Shown here in pieces: positions 1-10,918 of a stretch of 64,000 bases of DNA. The DNA is from an uncultured Gemmatimonadaceae bacterium (GTDB lineage Bacteria; Gemmatimonadota; Gemmatimonadetes; Gemmatimonadales; Gemmatimonadaceae): NCBI GenBank assembly GCA_963829055.1, contig CAWHHI010000016.1:576001-640000 (forward strand). Reading direction: 5' to 3'. The notes under the pieces are model-generated. The model made no database searches. It saw only the letters and a program-made list of their open reading frames with translations, and was not told the origin of the DNA. A program made the translations under genes and the position numbers. Each line of letters starts with the position of its first letter. Positions within the stretch are counted from its first letter, which is position 1.

Positions 1-1077
1 CCGCGCATTCTGCTGCGCGAGATCCACGAGCTCGCGCCGCGGTCCGCGTTGCGGTACGACGACGCGCGTGCCCTGCGTCAATGTCTCGATGGCTTCACGA
101 TCCTCGAAGTCGAACGGCACGAGCAACTCGTCTGCACGTTCCTCCGCGGTCACGTACGTGCGCGCGAGGTAGGCCGACAGCACAGCGGCGTCGTCCTCGC
201 CATCGATGTTCTCCACGAAGCGATGGTCTCTCCCGAGCAGCTTCCCGCGTCGAATGCGAAGGATCGCGACACACGCGTCATCGCCGTCACGCGCATAGCC
301 AACGACGTCGCGATCTCCGCCCTCTACTTCCAGCACGACGCTCGGCTCCTCCATCCGTTCGAGGTGCCGCAGCGCGTCGCGCAGCTCGGCCGCTCTCTCG
401 AAGTCGAGCGACATCGCGGCGTCCTCCATGCGGTCCCGTACGCGGCGAATCACCTCGTCCGCGCGCCCGTCGAGAAAGAGCACGACCTCGTCGATCATCG
501 CGCGGTAGTCCTCACGCGACTGCGCGAGAATGCATGGCGCCTTGCAGCGGCCGATGTGATGATCGAGGCAAGCTCGCTCGGGCATCTCCTTCGGCATGTC
601 GTAGTTGCACGACCGGACCGTGAAGATGCGCTTCACGACATTCAGCGCGCGTCGCATCTGTCCGACGTCGGTGTACGGCCCGAAGTACTTGGCGCCATCG
701 TCGAGCAGGCGGCGCGTGACGAAGACGCGAGGGAACGGCTCCTGGACCGTGACCTTGATGTACGGATACGACTTGTCGTCGCGCAGCGCGATATTGAAGC
801 GAGGCCGATACTCCTTGATCAGGTTCGCTTCGAGAATGAGCGCGTGCGCCTCGGTCGGCACGACGATCGTATCGAGATCGGCCGCCTGACGCATGAGCGC
901 GCGCGTTTTCACGCTCTCGAGATGATCGCTGGCCAGGTAGCTCCGGACACGCGAGCGGAGTCGTTTGGCCTTGCCAACATACAGCACGACGCCCTCCGCA
1001 TCCTTCCACAAGTACACGCCTGGTGACTCCGGAAGATGCGGCAGCTTGGCGGTGATCGCGTCGGCGGCAACGAACAT
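1..1077 (-). CDS. uvrC: Excinuclease ABC subunit C, N-terminal part (runs off the window edge)
   Basis: Manual translation from ATG 1077: MFVAADAITAKLPHLPESPGVYLWKDAEGVVLYVGKAKRLRSRVRSY...EANLIKEYRPRFNIALRDDKSYPYIKVT, the GIY-YIG start of UvrC. Not in the ORF track because it has no stop inside the window. Confidence 0.95.
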   Translation of the reverse strand, partial: MFVAADAITAKLPHLPESPGVYLWKDAEGVVLYVGKAKRLRSRVRSYLASDHLESVKTRALMRQAADLDTIVVPTEAHALILEANLIKEYRPRFNIALRDDKSYPYIKVTVQEPFPRVFVTRRLLDDGAKYFGPYTDVGQMRRALNVVKRIFTVRSCNYDMPKEMPERACLDHHIGRCKAPCILAQSREDYRAMIDEVVLFLDGRADEVIRRVRDRMEDAAMSLDFERAAELRDALRHLERMEEPSVVLEVEGGDRDVVGYARDGDDACVAILRIRRGKLLGRDHRFVENIDGEDDAAVLSAYLARTYVTAEERADELLVPFDFEDREAIETLTQGTRVVVPQRGPRRELVDLAQQNAR

Positions 1078-1138
1078 GCACGAAAACTAGACGCGGGCCA
1101 CTCGATCGTGGAGCCCAGCGGCGTCGACGTCGCGCTCG

Positions 1139-2782
1139 CTAGGCCGCTGGTGGTCGCCGGCGCAGTCCGAGCCGTCGAGCGATGCCCGCGGCGTCCTCTA
1201 CACCCGCGACAGACGTGCAAAGAAAGTAGGTCGCGCCGTAAACGGCGATCACGATCACACCGACAACGAGCGGCCGCTGAACCGTCACGAACATCCGCAC
1301 GACAGACGCGACGACCGCGGAAAGCGCAGCGGATCCCCACAGTATCGCGATTCGTCGCGGAGGGATCGTCGTGCGCCCAATCCGTCGGTGCACCGCACGC
1401 CTCAGCAGCGCGAATTCGACCCATCCCGCAATGCCGGCCGAAACCGTGAGCCCGGCTGCGCCCCACTGCGGATCGAGTCCGAGCGCCGCCCGCAACGGCA
1501 GCGCAAACAGGTAGCCGAGCACGATGGTGAGCGTCACGCGGACGAGCGCGAACCGGAACGGAGTCTTCGTATCGCGCAGCGCGTACAGCGACAATGCGTA
1601 CAATCGCCCGAGCGTCGTGGCGAGCAATCCAACGGCAGAGCCGGCGAGAATACCCCAGACCCAGACTGCCACATCGCGATTGAACTTTCCGTTCTGGTAA
1701 ATGACGCCGGCGACGACGTCGCCAATGGCAAGAAATGCCATCGCTGACGGAATGATCCAGAACGCGATGCGACGCATCGCCGCCTCGAGCCGTACGCGCA
1801 TTGCCGCCGCGACAGTCTCGTCATCGCCGCGCAGTGTGGACATCGCCGGCAGCTCCGCGGCCGATACCGACATCCCGAAAAGACTCACCGGCAGCACAGA
1901 CAGGTTCTGGGCGTATGTCAACGCAGCGACGGAGCCCGCAATGAGGAACGACGCAATCCACGCATCGACATAGGCGCTGATCTGCACGACGCCTCGACCG
2001 ACGAACACCGGCCCGAAGTTCCGCACGACCTCACGCACGTGAGAGGAGCGCGTCATCAGCCCAAGACGCAGCCGACCCAGCAGCTTCAACACCAGCGGCA
2101 GTTGCACGAGCATCTGGAGCGCGCTGCCGACAACGGAGCCCCACGCAAGCCACACTGCGAGATCCGACAGACTCCTGTTCCCGCCGAACCACAGCAGTGT
2201 CGCGATCATCGCGACGTTCCATAGCACAGGCGCCGAGTAGGACAGGAAGAACTTGCGGTGACTGTTGAGAATCCCGAGGCACCACGCCGACAAGACGAGC
2301 AGCCCGGCGCCGGGAAAGAGCACTCGCACGAGCGTGACCGTGAGGTCGCGCTTTCCGCCTGGGAATCCCGCGGCAATGAGGTCGACGAGCACCGGCGTCG
2401 CCACGACGCCCACGAGCACGAGCAGCGAGACGATCAACGCGAGAATGGAGAACACCGCACCGGCGACGCGCGTCGCTTCCTCACCTTCCTCGTGCGCGAC
2501 GAGCGACGCGTACACGGGGATGAACGACGCCGACAGCACGCCTTCGCCGAAGAGATTCTGCAGCAGGTTCGGGATACGGAACGCGGCGCGGAACGCGTCG
2601 GCTTCGTCGGTGACGCCGAAGTAGAAGCCGAACACGCGCTCGCGAACGAGGCCGATGATGCGACTGAGGAGGATCCCTGCCGCGACGAGCGCGGCGGGCC
2701 GCAGGCGCAACCGACCCAGCAACGTCCGCGGCGCCGGTGCAGCGTCCACCGTGTGCGTTATCGGGCCGGCAGAATCAGCCAC
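1139..2782 (-). CDS. murJ: Lipid II flippase MurJ/MviN
   Basis: 547 aa multi-TM protein with SRIIGLVRE, DAFRAAFRIPNLLQNLFGEG motifs. Confidence 0.95.
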   Translation of the reverse strand: MADSAGPITHTVDAAPAPRTLLGRLRLRPAALVAAGILLSRIIGLVRERVFGFYFGVTDEADAFRAAFRIPNLLQNLFGEGVLSASFIPVYASLVAHEEGEEATRVAGAVFSILALIVSLLVLVGVVATPVLVDLIAAGFPGGKRDLTVTLVRVLFPGAGLLVLSAWCLGILNSHRKFFLSYSAPVLWNVAMIATLLWFGGNRSLSDLAVWLAWGSVVGSALQMLVQLPLVLKLLGRLRLGLMTRSSHVREVVRNFGPVFVGRGVVQISAYVDAWIASFLIAGSVAALTYAQNLSVLPVSLFGMSVSAAELPAMSTLRGDDETVAAAMRVRLEAAMRRIAFWIIPSAMAFLAIGDVVAGVIYQNGKFNRDVAVWVWGILAGSAVGLLATTLGRLYALSLYALRDTKTPFRFALVRVTLTIVLGYLFALPLRAALGLDPQWGAAGLTVSAGIAGWVEFALLRRAVHRRIGRTTIPPRRIAILWGSAALSAVVASVVRMFVTVQRPLVVGVIVIAVYGATYFLCTSVAGVEDAAGIARRLGLRRRPPAA

Positions 2783-4397
2783 GGCCTAACGCGGCCGCCG
2801 ACGGGCCAGCGGTCGCGCTCTCCGCCGTCCTCACACCGACCAGGTCACGCGCATGGTCACGGGCGCCTTCGAGCATGCGGTCCGTGATGACGCGCCCGTG
2901 GCGCGCGAGGAACGGAAGCAGGTTGAGCGCCCGCTCCTGTCGCGAGCCTAACGGGAAGAGCGAGCCGCGCGCGGTACCGATCTGCGTCATGGTCTCGTCG
3001 CTCCGGCGCTTGGCCGCGGCGACGATGCGCCGGTGCAAGCGATCGAGGCGATGTTGCATCGAACGCTGCGCACCGGCCACGACCTCGGGTGGTAGCGGCA
3101 GGCCGCTGCCCTCGGTCGCATCGCGGAGCGCCTCGGATCGCGCATCGAGCTCTGTCCGTAACTGGGCGAACGCGCGAGAAAGCTCTGGCGGAATCGACTC
3201 CGTCGCGAGCCGCCCCTCGGCGCGATGGGGATCCGCCAACTCCTGCTCATCGATACCGAGGCGAGCAAGAATGCGCGCGACGTGCGGCTCGATGATGGTC
3301 GTCGACCATCGGGGCACCGCGAGCGGTGGCGCCAGCGACAGCGCCGTCGCGACGGCCGACACCTGCGCGAAATACGCGAACTCACCGGGACCAGCCACGT
3401 AGGCCACCGTCGGAAACAGCGCGCGCTCGATGACGGGCCGCAGCAGTACGTTAGGCGAGAGCACCGTCGCGCTGCCGGCGCCATCCCCGACCGATGCCGC
3501 GACAGCCGCCGCCTCGGTGAGCGGAACGCGCCGTTTGTCAGGCGTTCCGGCTGGTCGCTCGAACACGAGCGACAGCCCCTCGACCTCGGTGACCTGCACC
3601 TGGTAGCCGGCGGATACGATCGCGGCGTCTCGATCGCGGAGCGCCTGCGCCACGTCTCCACTGCGGTCGAGCGCGCGCACGAGAAACGGTCGCGCCGCCG
3701 ACGTCACGCTCGCATGGGCGGCGTCGAGTACCGCGATGCCGAGTGGTTCGAAGAGCTCACGCAGCAGCTGCAGGTACGCGCCTCCAACGGTCGCGCCGAG
3801 CCGATACGCGGTTCGCGCCGCGCGCAGCGGGCGCTCGTCGACGGTCGTGCCGCACGCTCGCTCGAGCGCCGCCAGCGCCGCGGCGGGATCAGTAAGCGGC
3901 ATCTCGGCCATCGGACGCCCCAGCGCAGCGCCCGGGGCGACCGACAACCGCTCCGCGCCGCCTGGAACGGCGATCGCTGTCCACGCGGCCTCGGCGAAAT
4001 CTGCGTCGTCGTTCGCGGCCCAGAACACGGGCGCCGCCGGAGTGCCTGTGGCGGCTTCGATTTCGTCGGCCAGCGCGAGCGCGCTCAGCGCTTTGGACCA
4101 GGTGTAGATCGGTCCGCCGAAGAGGCCCGGCTGTTGACCGGTCGTCACGACGACGCCCCGCCCCTTCGCGACACGCTCGAGGCGCGCCGCCGCCGCGCCC
4201 GTCGCGGCGAACGCCGGTGCGAGCGCGCCGAGCCAATCCCTGTCGCTCGTGCTCGCGCGCACCGCTTCGGCACGTGCCGTCCACCCCGCCACCGACGTCG
4301 GACGAGCCACATACCAGTCGCCAAGTCGGCCTTCGATGCCGGCGCGTGCGAGCGGTGAGCCGCCGAGCGGCTCGGTGCGGACGATAGGCTCACTCAT
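2775..4397 (-). CDS. bshC: Bacillithiol biosynthesis cysteine-adding enzyme BshC
   Basis: 540 aa; VVTTGQQPGLFGGPIYT, PVFWAANDDADFAE, SPNVLLRP, YVAGPGEFAYFAQ, QERALN motifs. Confidence 0.9.
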   Translation of the reverse strand: MSEPIVRTEPLGGSPLARAGIEGRLGDWYVARPTSVAGWTARAEAVRASTSDRDWLGALAPAFAATGAAAARLERVAKGRGVVVTTGQQPGLFGGPIYTWSKALSALALADEIEAATGTPAAPVFWAANDDADFAEAAWTAIAVPGGAERLSVAPGAALGRPMAEMPLTDPAAALAALERACGTTVDERPLRAARTAYRLGATVGGAYLQLLRELFEPLGIAVLDAAHASVTSAARPFLVRALDRSGDVAQALRDRDAAIVSAGYQVQVTEVEGLSLVFERPAGTPDKRRVPLTEAAAVAASVGDGAGSATVLSPNVLLRPVIERALFPTVAYVAGPGEFAYFAQVSAVATALSLAPPLAVPRWSTTIIEPHVARILARLGIDEQELADPHRAEGRLATESIPPELSRAFAQLRTELDARSEALRDATEGSGLPLPPEVVAGAQRSMQHRLDRLHRRIVAAAKRRSDETMTQIGTARGSLFPLGSRQERALNLLPFLARHGRVITDRMLEGARDHARDLVGVRTAESATAGPSAAALGRG

Positions 4398-4442
4398 GCC
4401 TGATCAGGCCCCCGGTCACGTCGCGACAGCCAGCGTTAGGCA

Positions 4443-4904
4443 TCATTTGTGGTAGGGCTCTCCGCGCACGATCGTCCCCGCCCGGTACAGCTGCTCGGCG
4501 AGAACGAGCCGCGCGAGCTCGTGCGGCAACGTCCAGGAAGAAAACGAGACGCGCGCAGCGGCACGCTCGGTAAGATCGTCAGCCAGCCCGTGCGCGCCTC
4601 CGATCACGAAGGCCACGTCGCTCGCGGACTCGCGCAGCCGTTGCACCCAGGCCGCGAACTCCGGCGACGATACCCGTCGTCCGCTGACATCGCAGGCGAT
4701 GACCTGAGCGCCACCGACAGCGTGGGCGAGGCGCTCCCCCTCGCGTTTGCGCACGAGGTCCGTGTTCGCGGCGCGCACGGGTTCGTCCTTCACCTCGAAC
4801 ACGTGAAGAGGCCAGTAGCGTCGCGCACGCTCCTCGTAGTCATGGATCGCCGCGGCGAGCGGCTCGTTCCTCGGCTTGCCGACCACGGCGACGATCAGGC
4901 GCAT
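4443..4904 (-). CDS. rlmH: 23S rRNA pseudouridine-1915 N3-methyltransferase
   Basis: 153 aa; FVIGGAHG, TLPHELARLVLAEQLYRA..I..GEPYHK. Confidence 0.95.
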   Translation of the reverse strand: MRLIVAVVGKPRNEPLAAAIHDYEERARRYWPLHVFEVKDEPVRAANTDLVRKREGERLAHAVGGAQVIACDVSGRRVSSPEFAAWVQRLRESASDVAFVIGGAHGLADDLTERAAARVSFSSWTLPHELARLVLAEQLYRAGTIVRGEPYHK

Positions 4905-4959
4905 GAACGGACACGATGGTGGCGGGCGCCATCAACAGGACGCCCGCCGCCCGTCGTTG

Positions 4960-6269
4960 TTAGGCATAGATGCCGCGCAGCCGGTGCACCGTCGCCACCC
5001 GGCTGATCGAAAGCATGTACGCCGCGGTGCGCATGTTCACCTTGTGCTGGCGCGAGAGGTCGAGCACGTCCTTGAAGCTGCGCGTCATGATGTCGCGCAG
5101 CCGGTCGTTGACGGTATCCTCTGTCCAGAAGTAGCCGCCACGGTCCTGGACCCACTCGAAGTAGGAGACGGTCACCCCACCGGCGTTCGCCAGGATGTCG
5201 GGGATCACGAAGATGCCCTTCTCCTCGAGCACGGCATCGGCAGCGGCGGTCGTCGGGCCGTTGGCGCCCTCGCAGATGATCTTCGCGCGAATCTTCCCCG
5301 CGTTCTTCGTCGTGATGACGTTCTCGAGCGCGGCCGGCAGCAACACGTCGACGTCGAGCGTGAGGAGCTCGTCGTTCGTGATCCGATCGCCCTTCGTGTA
5401 GCCTTCGAGCGAGCGGTGCTCCTTCACGTAGGCGATGGCGTCTTCGACGTCGATTCCGTCCGCGTTGTGCACGCCACCGGTGCGGTCGCTGATCGCGACG
5501 ATCTTGCATCCTTCGCGCTGCATGCAGCTGCGACGCGATCGAGCCCACGTTGCCGAATCCCTGCACCGCGACCGTTGTGCCGCGCACGTTCATGCCGAGG
5601 TGCGCGAGCGCCTCCTTCGTGACGATCATGCAGCCCGCGGCCTGTCGCCTCGCGACGCCCGAGCGATCCGCCCATCTCCACTGGCTTGCCGGTGACGACC
5701 GCGGTCACGGTGTGGCGCACGTGCATCGAGTACGTGTCCATCACCCACGCCATCACGCGCTCGTTCGTGTTCACGTCAGGCGCTGGGACGTCCGAGTCAG
5801 GGCCGAGCGTCGAGATGATTCCCGCCGTGTAGCGACGCGTCAGTCGCTCGAGCTCCCCGACGCTCATCTTGAGCGGATCGCACACGACGCCGCCCTTCGC
5901 GCCGCCGAACGGGAGGTTCACGACCGCACACTTCCACGTCATCCAGGCGGCGAGTGCCTTCACCTCGTCCAGCGTGACATTCATGTCGAAGCGAATACCG
6001 CCCTTAGCCGGCCCGCGCGACGTGTTGTAGAGCACGCGGTGGCCCGTGTAGACCTCCACCTCTCCGTTGTCCAGCAACACGGGCACCGAAACGGTGATCT
6101 GCTTCTCCGGATGCCGCAGCACCTTGTAGAGGCCCGGCTCGAGGTCGAGGAGGTCGGCAGCACGGTCGAACCGCGACATCATCGCCTCGAACGGGTTTTC
6201 CTCGTTCAGGAAGCGATCCTTGTCAGGGCGAACGATGCGATCGGTGGGAAGTCGGAGGTCAGTGGCCAT
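4960..6269 (-). CDS. gdhA: Glu/Leu/Phe/Val (glutamate) dehydrogenase; two apparent frameshifts (~5635, ~5522)
   Basis: [70 protein letters not shown] spread across ORFs 5424-6332, 4895-5629 and 4960-5523. Confidence 0.9.
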
Positions 6270-6273
6270 GGAA

Positions 6274-7345
6274 TCAATCAAGGGGTCGGGACGGACCCGA
6301 CCGTCGAGAATGGATTGAAGCGGAACGAGCAAGGAGCGTCGTGGTCAGCACATCGTCCACCGCGCCGACGCCGCGCTCGACGACGACGCGCTGGGAAACA
6401 TACCACAGAGGCGACGGACCGGGCCACAACGGGCCCAGCTTCACGGCATCCTTGAGGGTGCACACGACGCGGTCGTAGCGCTCGGCGCGCTTGCGCAGCA
6501 CGGCTACGTCAGCCGCAGAGTAGCGGTGATGGTCTCGAAACACGGCGGTCTCCACGCGCGCTCCCGTCCGCGCAAGCTGGGCTTCGAACGCCGCAGGATC
6601 CCCAATCGCCGAGATCGCGAGCACAGATTCGTTAGCCAGCACGCTCAGGTCGACGGTCGTGGTCCCGTTCGCATCGCGAAGGGTGCCCGGGTCGAGGTGG
6701 ACGATGGCCGTCGGAATCGCGGTCGCGGCGCCGCGTAGCGCGTCGATCACCAGCATCGCCTGATCGAGCGACGCGGCCTTGCGCGTCACGATCGCCAGCG
6801 ACGCTCGGCCCGCGGCCGAGAGGCGCTCGCGCCACGGGCCTGCGGGAAGCAGATGCCGCTGCCGTCCCCGCCACCGGTCGGCGCTGATCACGACGATATC
6901 GGCGACGCGGCTGGCCTGCCGATGCTGAAAGGCATCGTCGAGCACGGCGACATCGCAGCCGAGATCGCGCGCCTGAATACAGCCGGCGACACGATCAGGC
7001 GACACGACCACAGGCACGTCGGGGTTGAGCGTCCGGTGCACGAGAGGCTCGTCGTCCCCGTACCCGCGAAGCACGATTGCCGGCGTGGCCCCCTGGTCGC
7101 GCAGGCGCTTCGCGAGATACGCCGCGAGCGGCGTCTTGCCCGTGCCGCCAACCGTCAGATTCCCAACGCTGAGCGCCGGAATCGCCGTTGCGTGCGTGTT
7201 CAGGATGCCTGACGAGTACAGCGCGGCTGCGAGTGGCACTAACTGTGTGGAACAGCAGCTCCGCCGGCACTAGCGCGGCGCGTGCGACGCGCGCGCCAAT
7301 GCCGTCGCTCTCCCACAGCGTCCGCAGCCAGTCGCCGTCACCCAC
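6274..7345 (-). CDS. lpxK: Tetraacyldisaccharide 4'-kinase; frameshift ~7235
   Basis: [51 protein letters not shown]-terminus in ORF 6995-7345. Confidence 0.92.
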
Positions 7346-7997
7346 GCTCTGCCACGGCGATGGCTTCGTCGATCAGCGCCTCGAACCGCGGAGCCTCGAG
7401 CTCCGCTTCCCGGGCGGATGCCGCCGTCACGAACGTCGGGGCGCTATACGCGAGCGTCACGCGGCTGAATGGCTTCGGGATCATGAATCGATCCCAGCTC
7501 TTGAGGTACCATGCACGCGAGGCGCTGATTCCGACGCCGATGATCGGCGCGCCTACGCGCTGCGCTGCGACCAGAGCTCCGCTGGCGAATTTGCGCGCCG
7601 GCCCTCGTGGCCCGTCAGGGGTTACGGCAACCTCGATCCCGGCTTCCAACTCACGCACGATCCCGAGTAACGCGCGTGCGGCGCCGCGCGATGAGGACCC
7701 ACGAATGGTTTGGTGACCCAATCGTTCCGCGATGCGGGCGACGATCTCCCCGTCGCGATGTGAGCTGATGACGATGCGCACGCCTTCGGAACGATGACGC
7801 CACAGCAGCGGAAGGAGCTGGCCGTGCCAGAACGCGAACACGAATGGTTGGCGCTGCGCGCGAAGCGCCTTGAAGCCTGCATCATTCGCTATGCGGAACC
7901 GCCATGTACTCGCCAGTACCCGGATCAGCAGCGTCCCGAGAGCAACGAGGACAGGCAGCTTCCAGCCTCGCTTTGCTTCGTTCTTTGTCTCACTCAC
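7338..7997 (-). CDS. DUF374 / lysophospholipid acyltransferase family protein (LpxJ-like)
   Basis: FWHG, ISSHRDGE, IRGSSSRG, TPDGPRGP, SWDRFMIPKPFS. Confidence 0.85.
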   Translation of the reverse strand: MSETKNEAKRGWKLPVLVALGTLLIRVLASTWRFRIANDAGFKALRAQRQPFVFAFWHGQLLPLLWRHRSEGVRIVISSHRDGEIVARIAERLGHQTIRGSSSRGAARALLGIVRELEAGIEVAVTPDGPRGPARKFASGALVAAQRVGAPIIGVGISASRAWYLKSWDRFMIPKPFSRVTLAYSAPTFVTAASAREAELEAPRFEALIDEAIAVAERG

Positions 7998-9106
7998 ACT
8001 GCGAGCTCACTCGCGATCGCTGCGACGCGCTCGGCCGCTCCTGGTGTGCCGAGCTTCGACCGCACGTCGGCCAGGCCCTCGAGCATCGCGCCGCGACGCG
8101 GATCGTCATGGTCGAGCAACGGCTGCAGCGTCTCTGCGACGCGTTCGGGTACGACGGCATCCTGTACGAATTCCGGAGCGACTTCGCGCCCCGCAACGAC
8201 GTTCACCAGTCCGATGCGTGGGATCTTCACGACTCGGCGCGCGATCGCGTACGTCCATGGACTCGTCTTGTAAGCGACGACCAGCGGACACCCCGCCACG
8301 GCCGCCTCGAGTGTCGTCGTGCCGCTCTTGCAGAGCGCCGCGTCCGCTGCGCGCAGCACGGTGAACGATGCGGACGGCACACGGGGATACGGGCACCGCG
8401 CGGGATCGATGGTCACGGTGGACGCGGCGCTGACGATGACGCGTAGACCTGGACGCTTCCGTTCGAGAATCTGCGCCGTGCGCACGAAGTCATCGAGGTG
8501 TCGGTGAATCTCCTGCGCGCGACTGCCAGGAAACAACGCCAGTACCTCGTCGGACTCCTTGAGTCCGAGCATGCGCCGCGCCTCCGCGCGCTCGGGCATT
8601 TCACCGATGCGATCCAGCAACGGATGACCGACGAACGTAGCGTTGATTCCGTGCGAGCGCAGCAGCGATTCCTCGAACGGCAGGATCGGTGCGGCGCGCG
8701 TCACTATCTTCGACAGCTCGGCGAGCCGGCCCGCACCCCACGCCCACACCTGCGGCGTGATGTAGTAGAGCACCGGAACGCCCGCGGCCGCCGCGGCCGC
8801 CGCGAGCTTCATGTTGAAGCCCGGATAGTCGATGACCACGAGCAAGGCGACCGTACCCGATCGCAGCCGGCGCTTGAGCGACGACAACAACGCGTAGTGT
8901 CGAGGCACCTGCCTAACGACTTCGACGAAGCCCATCACCGCCATGCGATCGGACCGCTCGATCAGCGTGACGCCGGCGTTCTCCATGCGCGAGCCTCCGA
9001 TGCCGGTCAGCGCGAGGTCGGGACGCATGCGCTTCAACGCGGCCGCGAAACCGGACGCGTGAAGATCGCCGGACGCTTCCCCGGCGATGATGAGCACTTC
9101 ACGCAC
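7994..9106 (-). CDS. lpxB: Lipid-A-disaccharide synthase
   Basis: IIAGEASGDLH, IDYPGFN, PQVWAW, FVGHPL, PGSR, SGTTTLE; GTG start at 9106 overlaps the upstream stop. Confidence 0.95.
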   Translation of the reverse strand: MREVLIIAGEASGDLHASGFAAALKRMRPDLALTGIGGSRMENAGVTLIERSDRMAVMGFVEVVRQVPRHYALLSSLKRRLRSGTVALLVVIDYPGFNMKLAAAAAAAGVPVLYYITPQVWAWGAGRLAELSKIVTRAAPILPFEESLLRSHGINATFVGHPLLDRIGEMPERAEARRMLGLKESDEVLALFPGSRAQEIHRHLDDFVRTAQILERKRPGLRVIVSAASTVTIDPARCPYPRVPSASFTVLRAADAALCKSGTTTLEAAVAGCPLVVAYKTSPWTYAIARRVVKIPRIGLVNVVAGREVAPEFVQDAVVPERVAETLQPLLDHDDPRRGAMLEGLADVRSKLGTPGAAERVAAIASELAV

Positions 9107-10132
9107 GCGCGACCGTACCTGCGTCCGCCGCGGCTCCTGTGCGGCCCAAGCCAGAAAGCGACGGCAGCGTGCGCTCGATCTCGCTGACGATGCGTAGCGC
9201 GACTGCCAACGCCTCTCGGCCATCCTGTCCCGTCACGACGACCGGCTGCTCACCCCGCACCGCGGCGATGAAGCTCTCGAACTCCAGTCGGAGCGGCTCG
9301 CCCTCCGGCGCTTCGAGCGGAATACGCTCGACGAACGCTTCCAGCGCGAGTGGGCCTTTCGCGAGTTGAGCAAGATCGAGGTCACCACGAAGCCGGTAGA
9401 ACTCACCGTCGCCCGCCGCGAGGTCGAGCGAGATGTATCCGCTCTGCTGGAAGATGCGAACCTTCCGCATGCGCTCGCGCGACACGCGACTCGACGTGAT
9501 GTTCGCGACGACGCCCGAGTCGAACGAGATGCGCGCATTCGCAATGTCCACGAACGGCGTCAGCACCGGCACACCGACCGCCGCGACATCGGCGACGTGA
9601 CTCCCGACCAGCGTCAGGACGAGATCGATGTCGTGAATCATGAGATCCAGCACGACCGCGACGTCCGAGCCGCGCGGGTTGAACGGCGCGAGTCGGTCGC
9701 TGTCGATGAATCGTGGCGCCTCGACGAATGGCAGCGCCGCACGCACCGCACGGTTGAATCGCTCGACGTGGCCGGTCTGCACGATGGCCCCTGTCCGCTC
9801 GGCGATCGCCGAGCAATTCGTCCGCTTCCGCGAGCGTCGTCGCGATGGGCTTTTCGATGAGCAGGTGACGCCCTTTCTCGAGCGCCACCTTCGCGACGGC
9901 GTAGTGCGCCGGCGTCGGCACGGCGATCGTGAGCGCATCGCACGCATCGACGAGTGCCTCGACGGTGTCGAATGCGGGCACGTTCAACTCGCTCGCGACC
10001 TGCTGCGGCGCGCTCGGGTCGCGCGTCGTGGAAGCCGACGAGCGTCGCGCCCTCGACATCTCTGAACAGGCGGACGTGGTGGTAGCCTAACGCCCCCGCG
10101 CCGATGACGCCGACCCGCACCGGCGCCGTCAA
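9099..10132 (-). CDS. Gfo/Idh/MocA oxidoreductase (GnnA-like); frameshifts ~10010 and ~9810
   Basis: GVIGAGALGYHH, LLIEKPIA, GHVERFN, VVLDLMIHDID spread across three frames. Confidence 0.85.
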
Positions 10133-10902
10133 AACCCGACCCCGCGCTGACTCTCCTCGATGAACTGCAGGAAGTATTCGACTTCGGGCAGCGGCTGAAG
10201 CTCCGACCGCGCTCGCTCCATCGCCTGGGAGACGTTGAGCTCCGAGCGGAAGAAAAGTCGATACGCGCGCTTGAGCTCACGGACGGTCTCGTCGGCGAAC
10301 CCGCTGCGCTGCAGACCGACGCTGTTCAGCCCGTAGAGCTTTACCGGGTTACCGACCGCCTTGATGAACGGCGGAACGTCCTTCGCGACGCGCGACATTC
10401 CACCAACGAAGCTATGACGTCCGATCTTCACGAACTGATGCGCTGCGGACAGCCCCGATAGAATCGCGCGATCCTCGACGGTGACGTGGCCGGCGAGCTG
10501 CGTGCCGTTCGAGATGATCACGCCGTCGCCCACGTGACAGTCGTGCGCGAGGTGCACGTACGACATGAGGAAGCATCCCTTCCCCACGCTCGTCTTGAAC
10601 GACTGAGCGGTGCCGCGGTTGATCGTCGAGTACTCGCGAATCCGCGTGCCGTCGCCGATCTCGACCCACGTCTCCTCACCCTTGAACTTGAGATCCTGGG
10701 GATCGCCGCCGAGAATGGTCCCGATGCCGACGCTGACGTTGGTGCCGAGCCTAACGTTTTTCTCGAGGACGGTGCGCGCGTCGAGCGTACAGCCGTCGCC
10801 GATGAAGCAGCTCTCACCGACGATCGCGTACGGTCCAATCGTGACGTTGTCGCCGATCTCGGCGCGCGGTGACACGATGGCCGTCGGATGGATCCCGGGC
10901 AT
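10129..10902 (-). CDS. lpxA: UDP-N-acetylglucosamine O-acyltransferase
   Basis: IHPTAIV, hexapeptide repeats, PQDLKF, IREYSTINRGT, HLAHDC, GLNSVGLQR. Confidence 0.95.
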   Translation of the reverse strand: MPGIHPTAIVSPRAEIGDNVTIGPYAIVGESCFIGDGCTLDARTVLEKNVRLGTNVSVGIGTILGGDPQDLKFKGEETWVEIGDGTRIREYSTINRGTAQSFKTSVGKGCFLMSYVHLAHDCHVGDGVIISNGTQLAGHVTVEDRAILSGLSAAHQFVKIGRHSFVGGMSRVAKDVPPFIKAVGNPVKLYGLNSVGLQRSGFADETVRELKRAYRLFFRSELNVSQAMERARSELQPLPEVEYFLQFIEESQRGVGF

Positions 10903-10918
10903 TACGCTGTGGACTCGC

